A DNA stretch of 64,000 nt from Clostridia bacterium (lineage in GTDB: Bacteria > Bacillota > Clostridia > Christensenellales > DTU072): contig JAFVRJ010000027.1 of assembly GCA_017504305.1 (NCBI GenBank), positions 4,172-68,171 on the forward strand, given 5' to 3'. Positions 1 to 9,890 of this stretch are shown here, piece after piece. Under the pieces are notes generated by a model. That model was not told where the DNA came from. It worked only from the letters and a program-made list of their open reading frames with translations, and searched no databases. Each line of letters opens with the position of its first letter. Within the stretch, counting starts at the first letter, position 1. The translations under genes were made by a program, and so were the position numbers.

Positions 1-50
1 TTCTTCTTGAACAACGATATGATTATATCCTATATTGAGGTGCTTGTCAA

Positions 51-461
51 TTATTGTTTTATTATACCAGTTAGCTTATTAATTACATCGGTAATGAGTA
101 CGTTTATGGAAAGATCGTTTATTCCTGCTATCAAGTTATCACAGCGATTGAGTGGGAGCAGTATGCGGGTTGCGTTTGATTGACCGATTGCAACGGCCAT
201 TTTAGGGGTTATTTCACCGTACAATGAATCTGCAATTACGATTCCAACCGGTCCAATTATGACGTCTGCAGTACGGCAAGCAACTATGACCGGATTTTCA
301 CCTGTTGCGCCTTGTTTAGCGCCAGCTTTCATCATGGATGCAGTGGCAACTGCATTGGTTCCTATTGCCATAATTGTGATTTGTGGAAACCTTGAAGATA
401 TCTCTTTTACCAAAGTGGCGCCCATTTGTCCACCATGGCCGTCAATTATTAAAACTTTCAT
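51..461 (-). CDS. DUF3842 family protein
   Basis: 136-aa ORF. MKVLIIDGHGGQMG at the N-terminus and GATGENPVIV...GPVGIV...GEITPKMA match my recollection of the small Firmicutes DUF3842 family. Confidence 0.7.
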   Translation of the reverse strand: MKVLIIDGHGGQMGATLVKEISSRFPQITIMAIGTNAVATASMMKAGAKQGATGENPVIVACRTADVIIGPVGIVIADSLYGEITPKMAVAIGQSNATRILLPLNRCDNLIAGINDLSINVLITDVINKLTGIIKQ

Positions 462-879
462 TTGCGCTCCAAATCTATTTTTTTTAGTATATCACAACAC
501 CAACAAGAAATAAAGACTTTATAAGAAATCCATATTTAAGTATGATTATAAACGTGGTCATACTGAATAAGTAAAATTTGGAGAACTAATTTTTAAAAGC
601 GAAAAGGGTTTAATTTTGGAGATAACATATAAGATGAGAATATGAGTATACAACCCAATAGATTGAGAACGAATTGTAAAGACGTTATTAGGTTATTGAT
701 TAAGATATAGAGTGTCGCGATGCTCCGACAAACAAGCACACGTTATAGGGGTAAATGATATAGCTAAATCAGGTTTTTTATTGCCTAAATAAGCTTATAT
801 GCTTCAAAAGTGCGGTCTTGAAAAGATTGTATTTATGTTATACAATTATAGTATATTTGAAAATGGGTTTGGTAGTTTT

Positions 880-1212
880 ATGGCCATAATGGTTAATATT
901 TATTATACCGGAATAAACGGAAATGCGGTTAAGTTCGCAAAGGAAATGACTGAAAGCGGTATCGTTAGTCAAATTCGCGCAGAAGATGGCAATTTACGGT
1001 ATGATTATTGCTATTTGTTGGATGACTGCGAAACGGTACTTTTAATCGATAGTTGGGTGGATCAACATGCTTTAGACGTGCATCACGCTTCACCGATGAT
1101 GCAAAAAATTATTGAACTCCGCGAAAAATACAATCTATCGATGAGAGTGGAAAGATACCTTTTGGATGAATCGGGTGTTCCCGAAAAGGATAAAGCTTTT
1201 ATTCGATATTGA
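880..1212 (+). CDS. ABM-fold (antibiotic biosynthesis / quinol monooxygenase-like) protein
   Basis: Lies in ORF 799..1212. The core VNIYYTG...LLIDSWVDQHALDVHHASPMM resembles ABM-domain proteins. The start is uncertain: ATG 880 or 889 is preferred over 799. Confidence 0.5.
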   Translation: MAIMVNIYYTGINGNAVKFAKEMTESGIVSQIRAEDGNLRYDYCYLLDDCETVLLIDSWVDQHALDVHHASPMMQKIIELREKYNLSMRVERYLLDESGVPEKDKAFIRY

Positions 1213-1278
1213 ATACTACGCTTAAGTATGATAAAATTATAATGTCAATTGTATTAAGTTGATTATAAGGAGAAATGC

Positions 1279-2589
1279 ATGAAAATTACCTTCATTGGTG
1301 CCGGTAGTACGGTGTTTTGCAAAAACGTTTTGGGCGACTGTTTGCTTGCTGAAAATTTACCGGAATTCGAGATCGCTTTATTAGATATCGATGCACAACG
1401 TCTTGAGGAATCGTATGCTCTTATTTGCGCGCTTCGTGATAAATACAAGCCTGCAGTTAGCGTAAATAAGTATCTTGCCACTGATGATAAGCAAACGGAA
1501 GAAGCTTTTAGCGGTGCAAAATACGTCATAAACGCCATCCAAGTCGGTGGATACAAACCCTGCACAGTTACGGACTTTAGAATCCCCAGAAAATACGGAT
1601 TGCAACAAACAATTGGCGATACTCTCGGCATAGGCGGTATATTTAGAGCGCTCCGTACTATTCCCGTCATGAAGGCTTACACCGATATCATGGAAAGAGT
1701 TTGCCCTGATGCATTACTTCTTAACTACACAAATCCGATGAGTATGCTCACCGGATACCTACAAAAAAACACCAAAATTAAGACGGTTGGACTTTGCCAC
1801 TCCTGTCAAGTAGTAGTTTCGCACGTCAATCGCAAGTTAAAAGAGGAAAAATTAAACGACGCCGAGTACACTCTTGGTGGCATTAACCATATGTGTTGGC
1901 TTTTAACACTAACCGATAAAGAGGGTAACGATCTCTATCCGTTGTTCAAAGAAAAATTCAATAAGGTAAGACCTAAAAACGATCTCGTTAGACTTGAGAT
2001 AATGAATCGCTTTGGATACTATAACACCGAAAGTAGCGAACATACCGCAGAGTATCACCCTTACTTTATCAAGTCCAAGTATCCGTTCAATTTGCTTAAA
2101 TATCTTATTCCGCTTGACGAGTATCCGAGACGTTGCAGAAGACAAATTAGGCGCTGGAAGAAGCTCCGCAAAGAGATTATGGCGGATGGCAACGTAACTC
2201 ACGAGCGCAGTAACGAGTATGGTTCGTACATAATAGAGGCTTGTGAAACCAACGTACCGTATAAGATTTACGGCAACGTTCTAAATAACGGCTTAATAAG
2301 CAATCTACCAGCAAGCGCTTGTGTAGAGGTGCCGATTATGGTTGATGCCAACGGCCTTAATCCGATGGAGGTTGGTGCGCTCCCGGAGCAACTTGCAGCC
2401 CTTAACATGACTCACGTTGCAGTGCATGAAATGGTTATCAAAGCCGCAGAAACGCTTGATAAGAATTATATCTATATGGCGGCATATCTCGATCCGCATA
2501 CTCGAGATCAACTCTCGCTGAATAAAATCAAAGCAATGTGCGACGACTTAATTAAGGCGCACAAGGGATGGATTCCCGAGTTCAAATAA
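1279..2589 (+). CDS. Glycoside hydrolase family 4 alpha-glucosidase/alpha-galactosidase
   Basis: 436 aa. N-terminal Rossmann motif MKITFIGAGSTVF and length are typical of NAD/Mn-dependent GH4 enzymes. AAGGAG RBS lies 5 nt upstream. Confidence 0.85.
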   Translation: MKITFIGAGSTVFCKNVLGDCLLAENLPEFEIALLDIDAQRLEESYALICALRDKYKPAVSVNKYLATDDKQTEEAFSGAKYVINAIQVGGYKPCTVTDFRIPRKYGLQQTIGDTLGIGGIFRALRTIPVMKAYTDIMERVCPDALLLNYTNPMSMLTGYLQKNTKIKTVGLCHSCQVVVSHVNRKLKEEKLNDAEYTLGGINHMCWLLTLTDKEGNDLYPLFKEKFNKVRPKNDLVRLEIMNRFGYYNTESSEHTAEYHPYFIKSKYPFNLLKYLIPLDEYPRRCRRQIRRWKKLRKEIMADGNVTHERSNEYGSYIIEACETNVPYKIYGNVLNNGLISNLPASACVEVPIMVDANGLNPMEVGALPEQLAALNMTHVAVHEMVIKAAETLDKNYIYMAAYLDPHTRDQLSLNKIKAMCDDLIKAHKGWIPEFK

Positions 2590-2609
2590 ACACTTAATAG
2601 GAGGGCGTT

Positions 2610-3335
2610 ATGGCTTTCAAGTACAAGATTGTTATCGTTGCGGTAGCTATATTGTTAATCGCTATATTGGTGGTTGGCGCGCTGATTTATCTTGGTTGTA
2701 CACCGATTCACTTCCACTCAAAGCCCAAAGAGGGACAAATTAAAGTTGCGTGTGTGGGAGATAGCATCACTTACGGCATGGCTATAGCCAACGTTTTTGA
2801 AAACTCTTACCCCAAACAACTCGGCGATATGCTTGGAGATGAGTACCACGTTTTGAACTTCGGGCATAGCGGAAAGACCTCTCGCCACGGCGTTATGGAT
2901 TCATATACCAAGTCGCCAAAGTACAAGTTGAGCCACGAGTATCAACCAGATATAGTTGTGCTTATGATGGGTAGCAACGATACCAAAGGTTACAACTGGA
3001 CCACAAAAGAGGACTTTAAAAACGCTCACCGCGAGCTTGTTAATAGTTATTTGAACCTTGAATCCAAGCCAAGAGTCATCTTATGTACACCCAATTCAGG
3101 ATTCTTTAAAGGCAAAAAGACGAGCGGGGATTATAACTATGGTATCAACGGCGATAATTTAGTGCTCGTATCGGAAGCGGTAACCGAACTTGCCGAAGAG
3201 CTTGATCTCGAACTCGTAGACACTCATACCTTGACGGCAACTCATCCCGAGTGGTATAAAATAGATGGTATTCATCCCGATAAACACGGCGCCAAAGCTA
3301 TGGCGGAACTGATTTACGAAACGATAACCAAATAA
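2610..3335 (+). CDS. SGNH/GDSL hydrolase with N-terminal TM anchor
   Basis: SGNH blocks present: VGDSITYG, GHSGKTS, GSNDTK and DGIHPDKHG. GGAGGG RBS. Confidence 0.75.
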   Translation: MAFKYKIVIVAVAILLIAILVVGALIYLGCTPIHFHSKPKEGQIKVACVGDSITYGMAIANVFENSYPKQLGDMLGDEYHVLNFGHSGKTSRHGVMDSYTKSPKYKLSHEYQPDIVVLMMGSNDTKGYNWTTKEDFKNAHRELVNSYLNLESKPRVILCTPNSGFFKGKKTSGDYNYGINGDNLVLVSEAVTELAEELDLELVDTHTLTATHPEWYKIDGIHPDKHGAKAMAELIYETITK

Positions 3336-3356
3336 CGCTACTTCAAATAAATACCG

Positions 3357-3384
3357 ATAGCCCCTACCTTCAAGTAGGGGCTAT
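3357..3384 (+). terminator. Hairpin after the SGNH gene
   Basis: ATAGCCCCTAC-cttcaa-GTAGGGGCTAT is a perfect 11-bp stem. The U-tract is weak. Confidence 0.5.
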
Positions 3385-3394
3385 ATCTAAATAG

Positions 3395-4438
3395 ATGCAT
3401 ATGAAAAAGATTGTAAGAATACTTGTATTAATCTTAATACCAATAGTTTTTGGCGGAATAGCTTTTGGCGGATACGTTGGCTATAGAGTATGGCTTGATA
3501 AGCCTTATACGACTGAAAGCTATGATGAGATTTATAATCAATCTGCGATGACACTTCAAGTGGGCGACGACGGCCTTTTAAACGTGCTTAAAATCAACGA
3601 TACGCACTTTATCAACGGCGAGTGCGCGGATGATAAAAAGACGCTTGCTGGGCTTAAGGTGGTCCTTGATTCAACGGTTACGGATTTAATAGTACTCAAC
3701 GGCGATATAGTAGATGGCTTCAACCTTAAGCCGAGCTACGATAAATATCAAGCGATTGATTGCGTTGCTGAACTTATAGAAAGCTACGAGGTGCCGTGGA
3801 CGTTTGCCCCTGGCAATAACGATGGTGAAATCGACGGTGGCAACAAAGACGTTATAGCGTACATGATGCAATTCGAGCACTTCGTATGCGGAAACATAGA
3901 GCGGCTTTACGGCGATATGCAGTTTTTTATTGACGTCAAGCAAGGGGATAAACTCGTACATACCATTGCTATAATGGATTCCGGTATGCGTAAGCCTAAG
4001 ATAACTGGAAAGTACGATTATATACGTAAAGACCAAATCGAGTGGTTGCTTGATGGGATTGAATACCGCAACGTTTCTACAAGCGTATTCTTTCATATGC
4101 AAACACCCGCTTTTGAACTCGCCTACAACGAAGGTGAAATAATTCAAAACATGCCGAAATGGAAGTCAAGCGACTATGATTCGATACCCAAAAACGCACT
4201 TTTTGACGAAATGACTAAAGATTGTGATTTGATTTCGCTCCTGTCCGTAGGTCACCAGCATGGTAACGCCATGACATCTTATTATAATGGGCGATATTAT
4301 CAACTCTCATCGCCGAGTGGTTACTCTGCGTGGTATCCGGAGGAGCTTTCACCGAGTTGCACGCTAACGGTTGTCGATACCACGGCAAACAACGTAAAAG
4401 AGGCATACAGTTTTTATGATATCAAGGCTACCGCATGA
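3395..4438 (+). CDS. Membrane-anchored metallophosphoesterase (calcineurin-like)
   Basis: N-terminal TM segment. Motifs INDTHF, LNGDIVDG and GNNDGE are typical of the metallophosphatase fold. Confidence 0.7.
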   Translation: MHMKKIVRILVLILIPIVFGGIAFGGYVGYRVWLDKPYTTESYDEIYNQSAMTLQVGDDGLLNVLKINDTHFINGECADDKKTLAGLKVVLDSTVTDLIVLNGDIVDGFNLKPSYDKYQAIDCVAELIESYEVPWTFAPGNNDGEIDGGNKDVIAYMMQFEHFVCGNIERLYGDMQFFIDVKQGDKLVHTIAIMDSGMRKPKITGKYDYIRKDQIEWLLDGIEYRNVSTSVFFHMQTPAFELAYNEGEIIQNMPKWKSSDYDSIPKNALFDEMTKDCDLISLLSVGHQHGNAMTSYYNGRYYQLSSPSGYSAWYPEELSPSCTLTVVDTTANNVKEAYSFYDIKATA

Positions 4439-4453
4439 AGGTAGCCTTTTTTC
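4424..4453 (+). terminator. Rho-independent terminator overlapping the stop codon
   Basis: AAGGCTACC-gcatga-(A)GGTAGCCTT followed by TTTTT. Confidence 0.75.
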
Positions 4454-4487
4454 TACTTATATTTGTAACAATGCATATACTTTGTAT

Positions 4488-5021
4488 ATGAAAACTTGTG
4501 ATTTGAGTAAATGGTGGAAGGCGCATTTGTGGCTTGGTGTGCCTGTGATACTTTTTATTTCGGCGTTACAGCACTCGTTGTATACGCTTTTGCCGTTTGA
4601 GGTGATTGGGCTATGGGCGCCGGTTAACGAAAGCCTTGCCGAACATCTGAAAATAGTGTTTTATCCGACGTTATTATGGTTTTTGGTAACTTTTGCGATA
4701 TTTAGGAAGCGCTGCAATCTTGACTTTTACAAATGGATAACAGCTGGAGGAATTACCGCTATTATAGCAGTATCTTTGTTGACGGCATTGTTTTGCACGT
4801 TCGTTTATGGGTTTAACGTACCGTTTGAAAGCTTTGTGTTTCATATTTTTATCGAGGTTGTAGCAATTACGTTGGCTTATATGATAGGCCTACATTATTA
4901 CAATCGCACAAGTGGGGCTTCGGCTATAACTGTAGTCGTATTACTTTTAATTGTATGCGTCGCGGTTTTGATGGGAGTGTTTGCCTTCTATCCACCGGAT
5001 ATTAGGATTTTTAAGGGCTAA
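4488..5021 (+). CDS. DUF6512-like polytopic membrane protein
   Basis: Lies in ORF 4416..5021. The upstream extension crosses the terminator at 4424-4453, so ATG 4488 is preferred. The VNESLAEHLK motif recalls DUF6512. Confidence 0.5.
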   Translation: MKTCDLSKWWKAHLWLGVPVILFISALQHSLYTLLPFEVIGLWAPVNESLAEHLKIVFYPTLLWFLVTFAIFRKRCNLDFYKWITAGGITAIIAVSLLTALFCTFVYGFNVPFESFVFHIFIEVVAITLAYMIGLHYYNRTSGASAITVVVLLLIVCVAVLMGVFAFYPPDIRIFKG

Positions 5022-5126
5022 AGTAGCTGATTTTTATATATTATATATAAAACCAACTTTTTTGGGTATTTACAAAGCGCCCGAGTCGTGGTATAGTTAT
5101 TAAAGATACTAAAGGAGGGTATAGCT

Positions 5127-6656
5127 TTGTCAAACACAAGTATTAAAGACAAGTATTTTAAGCGCAACCTTTGGACTTTTAGCGCTGGTGGTTTTGGCCG
5201 TGACTTTATGTACAACTTGTTCAATGGACAAATGTACACGTTTATTTTGCTTACCAAAAACCTCACTGAAGCCGAAGCTGCTATCATCGGTCTCGTTATA
5301 ATGATTGCCCGTATTTGGGACGCAGTCAACGATCCGCTAATGGGCAGTATTATCGAAAACACTCGTACCAGATGGGGTAAGTTTAAACCGTGGATTATGA
5401 TTGGTGCAGTCACCAATGCAATTTTGGTATTCTTCCTATTCTGGACGCCGTTAAAGGGCATGAGCTACGTTATCTTCTTTGCGATTGCTTATATCTTCCT
5501 CGACGTAACTTACACGATGAACGATATCGGCTATTGGTCGATGCTCCCGGCACTTTCATCCGACCCCAACAACCGTAATACGCTCTCGGCAGTTGCAAAC
5601 ATCTTCGCAGGTGTAGGTGGCGCTATCGTTGGATTACTTGCTCCTATCCTTACCGTTGGTAAGCTCGCTATAGGCGGTAGCCCCGTTGTAGCTTTCCCGG
5701 TGGTTGCTATTATCGCCGGCGTACTGCTTATCGGTTGCCAAACCATGACTTGCATATGCGTAAAGGAAGATCCGCTACCTCCGCTACCTAAGACAGAAGG
5801 GAAAAAGCCCAATCCCATCAAACAAATGTTTACCGTTCTAAAGGGTAACGATCAACTCTTGTGGGTTGCTCTTTGTATGGTAATTTATAACCTTGGTAGC
5901 AGTATTATTACCGGTCTTTCCAACTGGTTCGTATACCTCCGCTTCGGATATGAAGGCGCGTTGAACTCGTTGTTCGGTATCCTTTCCGGTATAGCAAGCG
6001 CTGTTATCGTATTCTACCCCATGCTTGCCAAGAGAGTTGAACGTAAAACCATCATTAAGATTTGTATGGTTTGCGTTGCCGTAGGTTACGGCTTGATGAT
6101 GACGTTGGGCCTTACCTTAAACAACTTAACGCTCATTTCGCTTTGCGGTTTGTTCTACTCCGTTGGTCAAACCATGTTCTATCAAGTTCTTACAATTTCT
6201 ATCGCTAATACCGTTGAGTATAACGAGTGGAAAACCGGTAAACGTGAAGAAGGCATTATCTTCTCCGTACGTCCCTTTATGGCAAAGCTTGGTAGCGCAC
6301 TTCAAATGGGTTACGTTTCCTTGACTCTCGGTATTCTCGGTATTACTGCAATTACCGAAGCTATTTCCAAACAAGAAAACTTATTTGTTCAAGGTGCTAT
6401 TGATGAAACAACCAAGGCTGCAAATATCACCAGCCTTATCGCACAAGCTCCCGACTCGGCAAAGACAGGCTTGCTTATCTGCATGACTGTTGTTCCGGTA
6501 GTTTTGATTTGCATAGCAGGTGTAATATATCTTGCCAAGTATAAACTTACCGAAACGAGATACGATGAGATTTGCGCAGAGATAAAGGCACGTAAAGAAG
6601 CGGAAGTTGGTGTCAGCGAAGAAGCTTCTGAAGCCACCGAGGCTGTAGAGGCATAA
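5127..6656 (+). CDS. GPH-family glycoside-pentoside-hexuronide:cation symporter
   Basis: 509 aa with about 12 TM segments. R(I/V)WDAVNDPLMG and GKFKPW motifs are typical of MelB/YicJ-type carriers. TTG start follows a GGAGGG RBS. A GH4 gene lies nearby. Confidence 0.85.
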   Translation: MSNTSIKDKYFKRNLWTFSAGGFGRDFMYNLFNGQMYTFILLTKNLTEAEAAIIGLVIMIARIWDAVNDPLMGSIIENTRTRWGKFKPWIMIGAVTNAILVFFLFWTPLKGMSYVIFFAIAYIFLDVTYTMNDIGYWSMLPALSSDPNNRNTLSAVANIFAGVGGAIVGLLAPILTVGKLAIGGSPVVAFPVVAIIAGVLLIGCQTMTCICVKEDPLPPLPKTEGKKPNPIKQMFTVLKGNDQLLWVALCMVIYNLGSSIITGLSNWFVYLRFGYEGALNSLFGILSGIASAVIVFYPMLAKRVERKTIIKICMVCVAVGYGLMMTLGLTLNNLTLISLCGLFYSVGQTMFYQVLTISIANTVEYNEWKTGKREEGIIFSVRPFMAKLGSALQMGYVSLTLGILGITAITEAISKQENLFVQGAIDETTKAANITSLIAQAPDSAKTGLLICMTVVPVVLICIAGVIYLAKYKLTETRYDEICAEIKARKEAEVGVSEEASEATEAVEA

Positions 6657-6726
6657 TTAAACATAAGAGTATATTTGGGTTAACCGACAGGCGTAGTCTT
6701 GTCGGTTAACTATGTATAGGAGCAGA

Positions 6727-7788
6727 ATGAAGTATTTATTTTTTGATATCGAGTGTAGTGACGGCAAGCATATATGCAGTTTTGGCTACGTGCTGACCGA
6801 TGACAACTTTAAGATTATCGAAAAGGAAGATATTTTAATAAATCCCGAAGCAATTTTTCATACGGGTGCGTGGAGCAAGTCAAAACGAGAAAAGAACGTT
6901 CGCGATAGGGGTATAGACCTTGCGTACCCCAAAGAGAAGTTTTTAGCGAGTCCTAAGTTCCCGCATTATTACGAAAGGATAAAAGGGTTGCTAACCGCGC
7001 GTGGCGTGATGGTAATAGGCTTTTCATGCGATAACGATGCGCGTTTTATTATGCGTGCAACCGAAAAATATAAGCTTCCGTACGTAAACTATACTATTTG
7101 TGATATACAAAGGGCTTATCGCGAGTACAAGGAAGTTTGCGATCAACCGGCGCTTGAGAAGGTGCTTGAGGACCTTGGGGTAAGCGTTGCCGATCACGTT
7201 GCCCATCGTAGCGATGAAGATGCCGAAGTAACGATGTTGGTTGCTAAAGCGATGTGCAAGAGGCTGGATATTGATCTTAAAGAGCTAATAGAAAAGTATC
7301 CGGCTTGTCAAGGCGAGGTAGAAGGTAGTGCAATAAACTTTAAGCACGTCAAGGGCTCGGTGTGCGAGGGCGGTAGATATAGAGGTTCTAACTCCTTGCG
7401 CAAGTACTATAAAACCTTTGTAGCACACGCAAGAAACACCAAACCTAAAGCAGGGGCTAAATTGCCTCTTAAAGGGCAAAGGCTTTGCCTGAGTACGGTT
7501 TACGAGGACAAACATTTTTGCGAAATGATGGTCATCGTAGAGCGTATAGGCGAGCTTGGCGGTAAGTACGTTACTCGCGCATCGGAAGCAACAATATATG
7601 GCGAATATACTATTGGCGATAAGACCTGTCGCAGGCGCAAAGTAATAGAAGATAGGTTAGCAAAAGGCAAAAACCTTACTAAAAAGAGCTTTAAGGATTT
7701 TATAAGTCTTTTGGGATGGAATCAAGCAACGCTTGATCAAAAGGCTCAAGAATATAAACAAAGCATTATGAATAAAGCGATAGAGTAA
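6727..7788 (+). CDS. DEDDh 3'-5' exonuclease domain protein
   Basis: Exo motifs present: FFDIECSDG, GFSCDNDARF and HRSDEDAE. ATG 6727 has a TAGGAG RBS, unlike ATG 6712. Confidence 0.7.
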   Translation: MKYLFFDIECSDGKHICSFGYVLTDDNFKIIEKEDILINPEAIFHTGAWSKSKREKNVRDRGIDLAYPKEKFLASPKFPHYYERIKGLLTARGVMVIGFSCDNDARFIMRATEKYKLPYVNYTICDIQRAYREYKEVCDQPALEKVLEDLGVSVADHVAHRSDEDAEVTMLVAKAMCKRLDIDLKELIEKYPACQGEVEGSAINFKHVKGSVCEGGRYRGSNSLRKYYKTFVAHARNTKPKAGAKLPLKGQRLCLSTVYEDKHFCEMMVIVERIGELGGKYVTRASEATIYGEYTIGDKTCRRRKVIEDRLAKGKNLTKKSFKDFISLLGWNQATLDQKAQEYKQSIMNKAIE

Positions 7789-7823
7789 GACACCAAAATA
7801 GTTAAAATGGAAACCTAAACATA

Positions 7824-7860
7824 AATAAACGCCCACGGAACAAGCCGTGGGTGTTTATTT
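7824..7860. terminator. Bidirectional terminator between convergent genes
   Basis: AAATAAACGCCCACGG-aacaag-CCGTGGGTGTTTATTT, with A/T runs on both sides. Confidence 0.8.
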
Positions 7861-7893
7861 AAAGGATACATTGGAGGGAAAATTGTAATTTGA

Positions 7894-8304
7894 TTATTGG
7901 ATTTCGATACCGCGTTTTTCGGGTTTGGATGCAACCTTCTTCGGTAGATTTACGGTAAGTATACCACTTTCGTATTTAGCGTTGATGTTGAGGTCGTCAA
8001 TTTCGCCTACGTAATAGGCACGCTCCATGCTAACATGGCGCTCCTTGCGTATAACGCGTGCGTCATCGGAAGAAGCACTACGCGCAGCGCGGATGGTTAG
8101 GTAGTTGTTCTCGTATTCTACGCCAATATCTTTTTTATCAAAGCCCGGTAGCTCTACTTCCATTTTGTAGCCGTCTTCGGTTTCCGTGATATCGGTTCTC
8201 ATAAATTCAAGGTTTCTTTCGGTGTAAAACGGACGGAAGAGGCTATCGAAGGTGTCGTTAAAAAATCCAAAAGGATTGATGCTTCTGTTTGCTAATGTTC
8301 TCAT
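7894..8304 (-). CDS. Hsp20/alpha-crystallin small heat-shock protein
   Basis: The alpha-crystallin core (DITETEDGYKMEVELPGFDKKDI...GILTVNLPK) is present. ATG 8304 has an AGGAGA RBS 7 nt upstream. The ORF-track start at 8322 has none. Confidence 0.9.
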   Translation of the reverse strand: MRTLANRSINPFGFFNDTFDSLFRPFYTERNLEFMRTDITETEDGYKMEVELPGFDKKDIGVEYENNYLTIRAARSASSDDARVIRKERHVSMERAYYVGEIDDLNINAKYESGILTVNLPKKVASKPEKRGIEIQ

Positions 8305-8325
8305 AATTTTTCTCCTTATCATATA

Positions 8326-8405
8326 TTAGCACTCACGTGCTTTGAGTGTTAGCACTCTACTATCTCGACTGCTAAAATCATAACACTGCTTATTTGATTT
8401 GTCAA
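8326..8405 (-). promoter_or_regulatory. SigA-type promoter plus two overlapping CIRCE (HrcA operator) elements
   Basis: Read on the minus strand: TTGACA(8405-8400)-17 nt-TATGAT(8382-8377). This is followed by TTAGCAGTC-N9-GAGTGCTAA (8375-8349) and TAACACTC-N9-GAGTGCTAA (ending at 8326), which overlap each other. The CIRCE consensus is TTAGCACTC-N9-GAGTGCTAA. Confidence 0.8.
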
Positions 8406-8499
8406 TAGTTTGTGCAAAAATTTTTTTATTAAAATATCCTTAAAATAATTTGATTGCGTTTATTTGTAAGGTAGCACCTTAAGGTGCTATAATTAAAAT

Positions 8500-9159
8500 A
8501 TGAGCGAATTCAAAAATAAAAAATACCTTTTATTTGACTTGGACGGCACTATAACCGACTCCGGTCCCGCTATAATTTCTTCGTTTAAGTATTCGATTAG
8601 GGAGTACGGTGAAGTTGGTCTTACCGATAGCGATTATTCCTCCATAGTGGGTCCTCCGCTACGCGATAGTTATATGAGATTACTTGGGGTAGACGGCATT
8701 ACTGCTTGGGATCTTGTTTTGAAGTATCGCGAGTTTTATAATGCCGGCGGGATGTTTGATTGTACAGTTTATGACGGTATGGTGGAGCTCTTAACGGCGC
8801 TTAAGGATGCAGGTAAGATTCTTGCCGTTGCTACTTCTAAACCGGAGGAGCAATCTTTAATCATATTAAAGCATTTTGATCTCTTAAAGTACTTCGACGT
8901 TGTAGCAGGCGATGATCAAAATTGTACTCGCTCAAATAAGGCGATGATTATAGAATATGCTCTTTATAAGCTTGGTAATCCCGATCCTAACGAGGTTGTT
9001 ATGATAGGTGACAGGAGTTACGATATGCTTGGTGCTATCAAGACGGGCGTAACCCCGATAGGCGTTGCGTTTGGATACGGCTCGCGCAAGGAGCTAACGG
9101 AAAGCGGAGCAGAGTATATTGCGAATAAAGCAACCGATTTAATTGAGGTACTTATATGA
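8500..9159 (+). CDS. HAD-IA family hydrolase (phosphoglycolate phosphatase-like)
   Basis: LLFDLDGTITDS (motif I), ATSK (motif II) and a MIGDRSYD-type motif IV are present. Confidence 0.75.
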   Translation: MSEFKNKKYLLFDLDGTITDSGPAIISSFKYSIREYGEVGLTDSDYSSIVGPPLRDSYMRLLGVDGITAWDLVLKYREFYNAGGMFDCTVYDGMVELLTALKDAGKILAVATSKPEEQSLIILKHFDLLKYFDVVAGDDQNCTRSNKAMIIEYALYKLGNPDPNEVVMIGDRSYDMLGAIKTGVTPIGVAFGYGSRKELTESGAEYIANKATDLIEVLI

Positions 9160-9890
9160 TAAAAGGTTACAAGGTTGAAGGACACTTGCACGTCAAAGGC
9201 AATAGTTGGTGCGGTAAAACAAGCGCGCAAGATATTATAAGGTTATATAAAGATTGCCATTACGACGGCATAATTGTAACCAATCATTTCAATAGACACA
9301 TTTATGAAAACTACTTTACCGGTGAAGATAGAGCAAGTAAGCTAAATGAGTTTTTTAAAAGCTACTACGAGCTTAAAAACAATACTGTCGGTATCAAGGT
9401 TTATTTTGCGGTAGAGTTTGCATTGAAGGACGACCACTACAATTTTATCTTCAAAAAAGACTGCGCGGAGATGCTGGTTTACGGCATAACGCCGGAGGAG
9501 TTTGAGGAGTACGGTACAGAGGTAATCGATATGGATTACAAGGAGTTGAAAGCTCTTTCGGATAGGATGGGATGGATAGTTGTACAGGCTCATCCGTATA
9601 GAGAAAGTACCAAACTTATAGACGTTGATTGCATTGATGGACTCGAGGTTTTTAACGGTAATCCCCGTCACGTGAATCGCAATCGTAGGGCGTTAATGAG
9701 GGCGCAAAAATACGGTTTAATTAAAACTGTAGGAAGCGACTTCCACCAACCACACGATATTAGTTCAGCTTTAATTTTTGAACAGTTGCCTGTTGACGAA
9801 AAGGATTTGGTTAAGGTACTTAAAAGCGGTAAATATGATACCCTAAAAGGCAAAAGAGCGTTAAGACGATTTGATAGAAAGCGCGGATAA
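9156..9890 (+). CDS. PHP-domain metal-dependent phosphoesterase
   Basis: GHLHVKGNS at the N-terminus, then AHPYR and GSDFHQPHD motifs. The ATGA start overlaps the HAD gene's stop. Confidence 0.55.
   Translation: MIKGYKVEGHLHVKGNSWCGKTSAQDIIRLYKDCHYDGIIVTNHFNRHIYENYFTGEDRASKLNEFFKSYYELKNNTVGIKVYFAVEFALKDDHYNFIFKKDCAEMLVYGITPEEFEEYGTEVIDMDYKELKALSDRMGWIVVQAHPYRESTKLIDVDCIDGLEVFNGNPRHVNRNRRALMRAQKYGLIKTVGSDFHQPHDISSALIFEQLPVDEKDLVKVLKSGKYDTLKGKRALRRFDRKRG

Noticed and set aside
513-798. Possible ncRNA or riboswitch in the 285-bp gap upstream of the ABM-like gene.
   Set aside because: I could not recognise any conserved riboswitch core, T-box specifier or terminator/antiterminator pair.
4416-4487. 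Upstream extensions of several ORF-track starts: 4416, 6712, 8322, 18835, 22207, 27383, 29726, 47871, 54277, 62218 and 62245.
   Set aside because: The extensions overlap the preceding gene or a terminator and lack RBSs. Internal ATGs with GGAGG-type RBSs or signal peptides fit better.
6679-6710. The GTTAACCGACA...TGTCGGTTAAC hairpin read as a regulatory element occluding the exonuclease start.
   Set aside because: Once the start is moved to ATG 6727, which has its own RBS, the hairpin is more simply the U-tract-poor terminator of the upstream symporter gene. It cannot be resolved from sequence alone.
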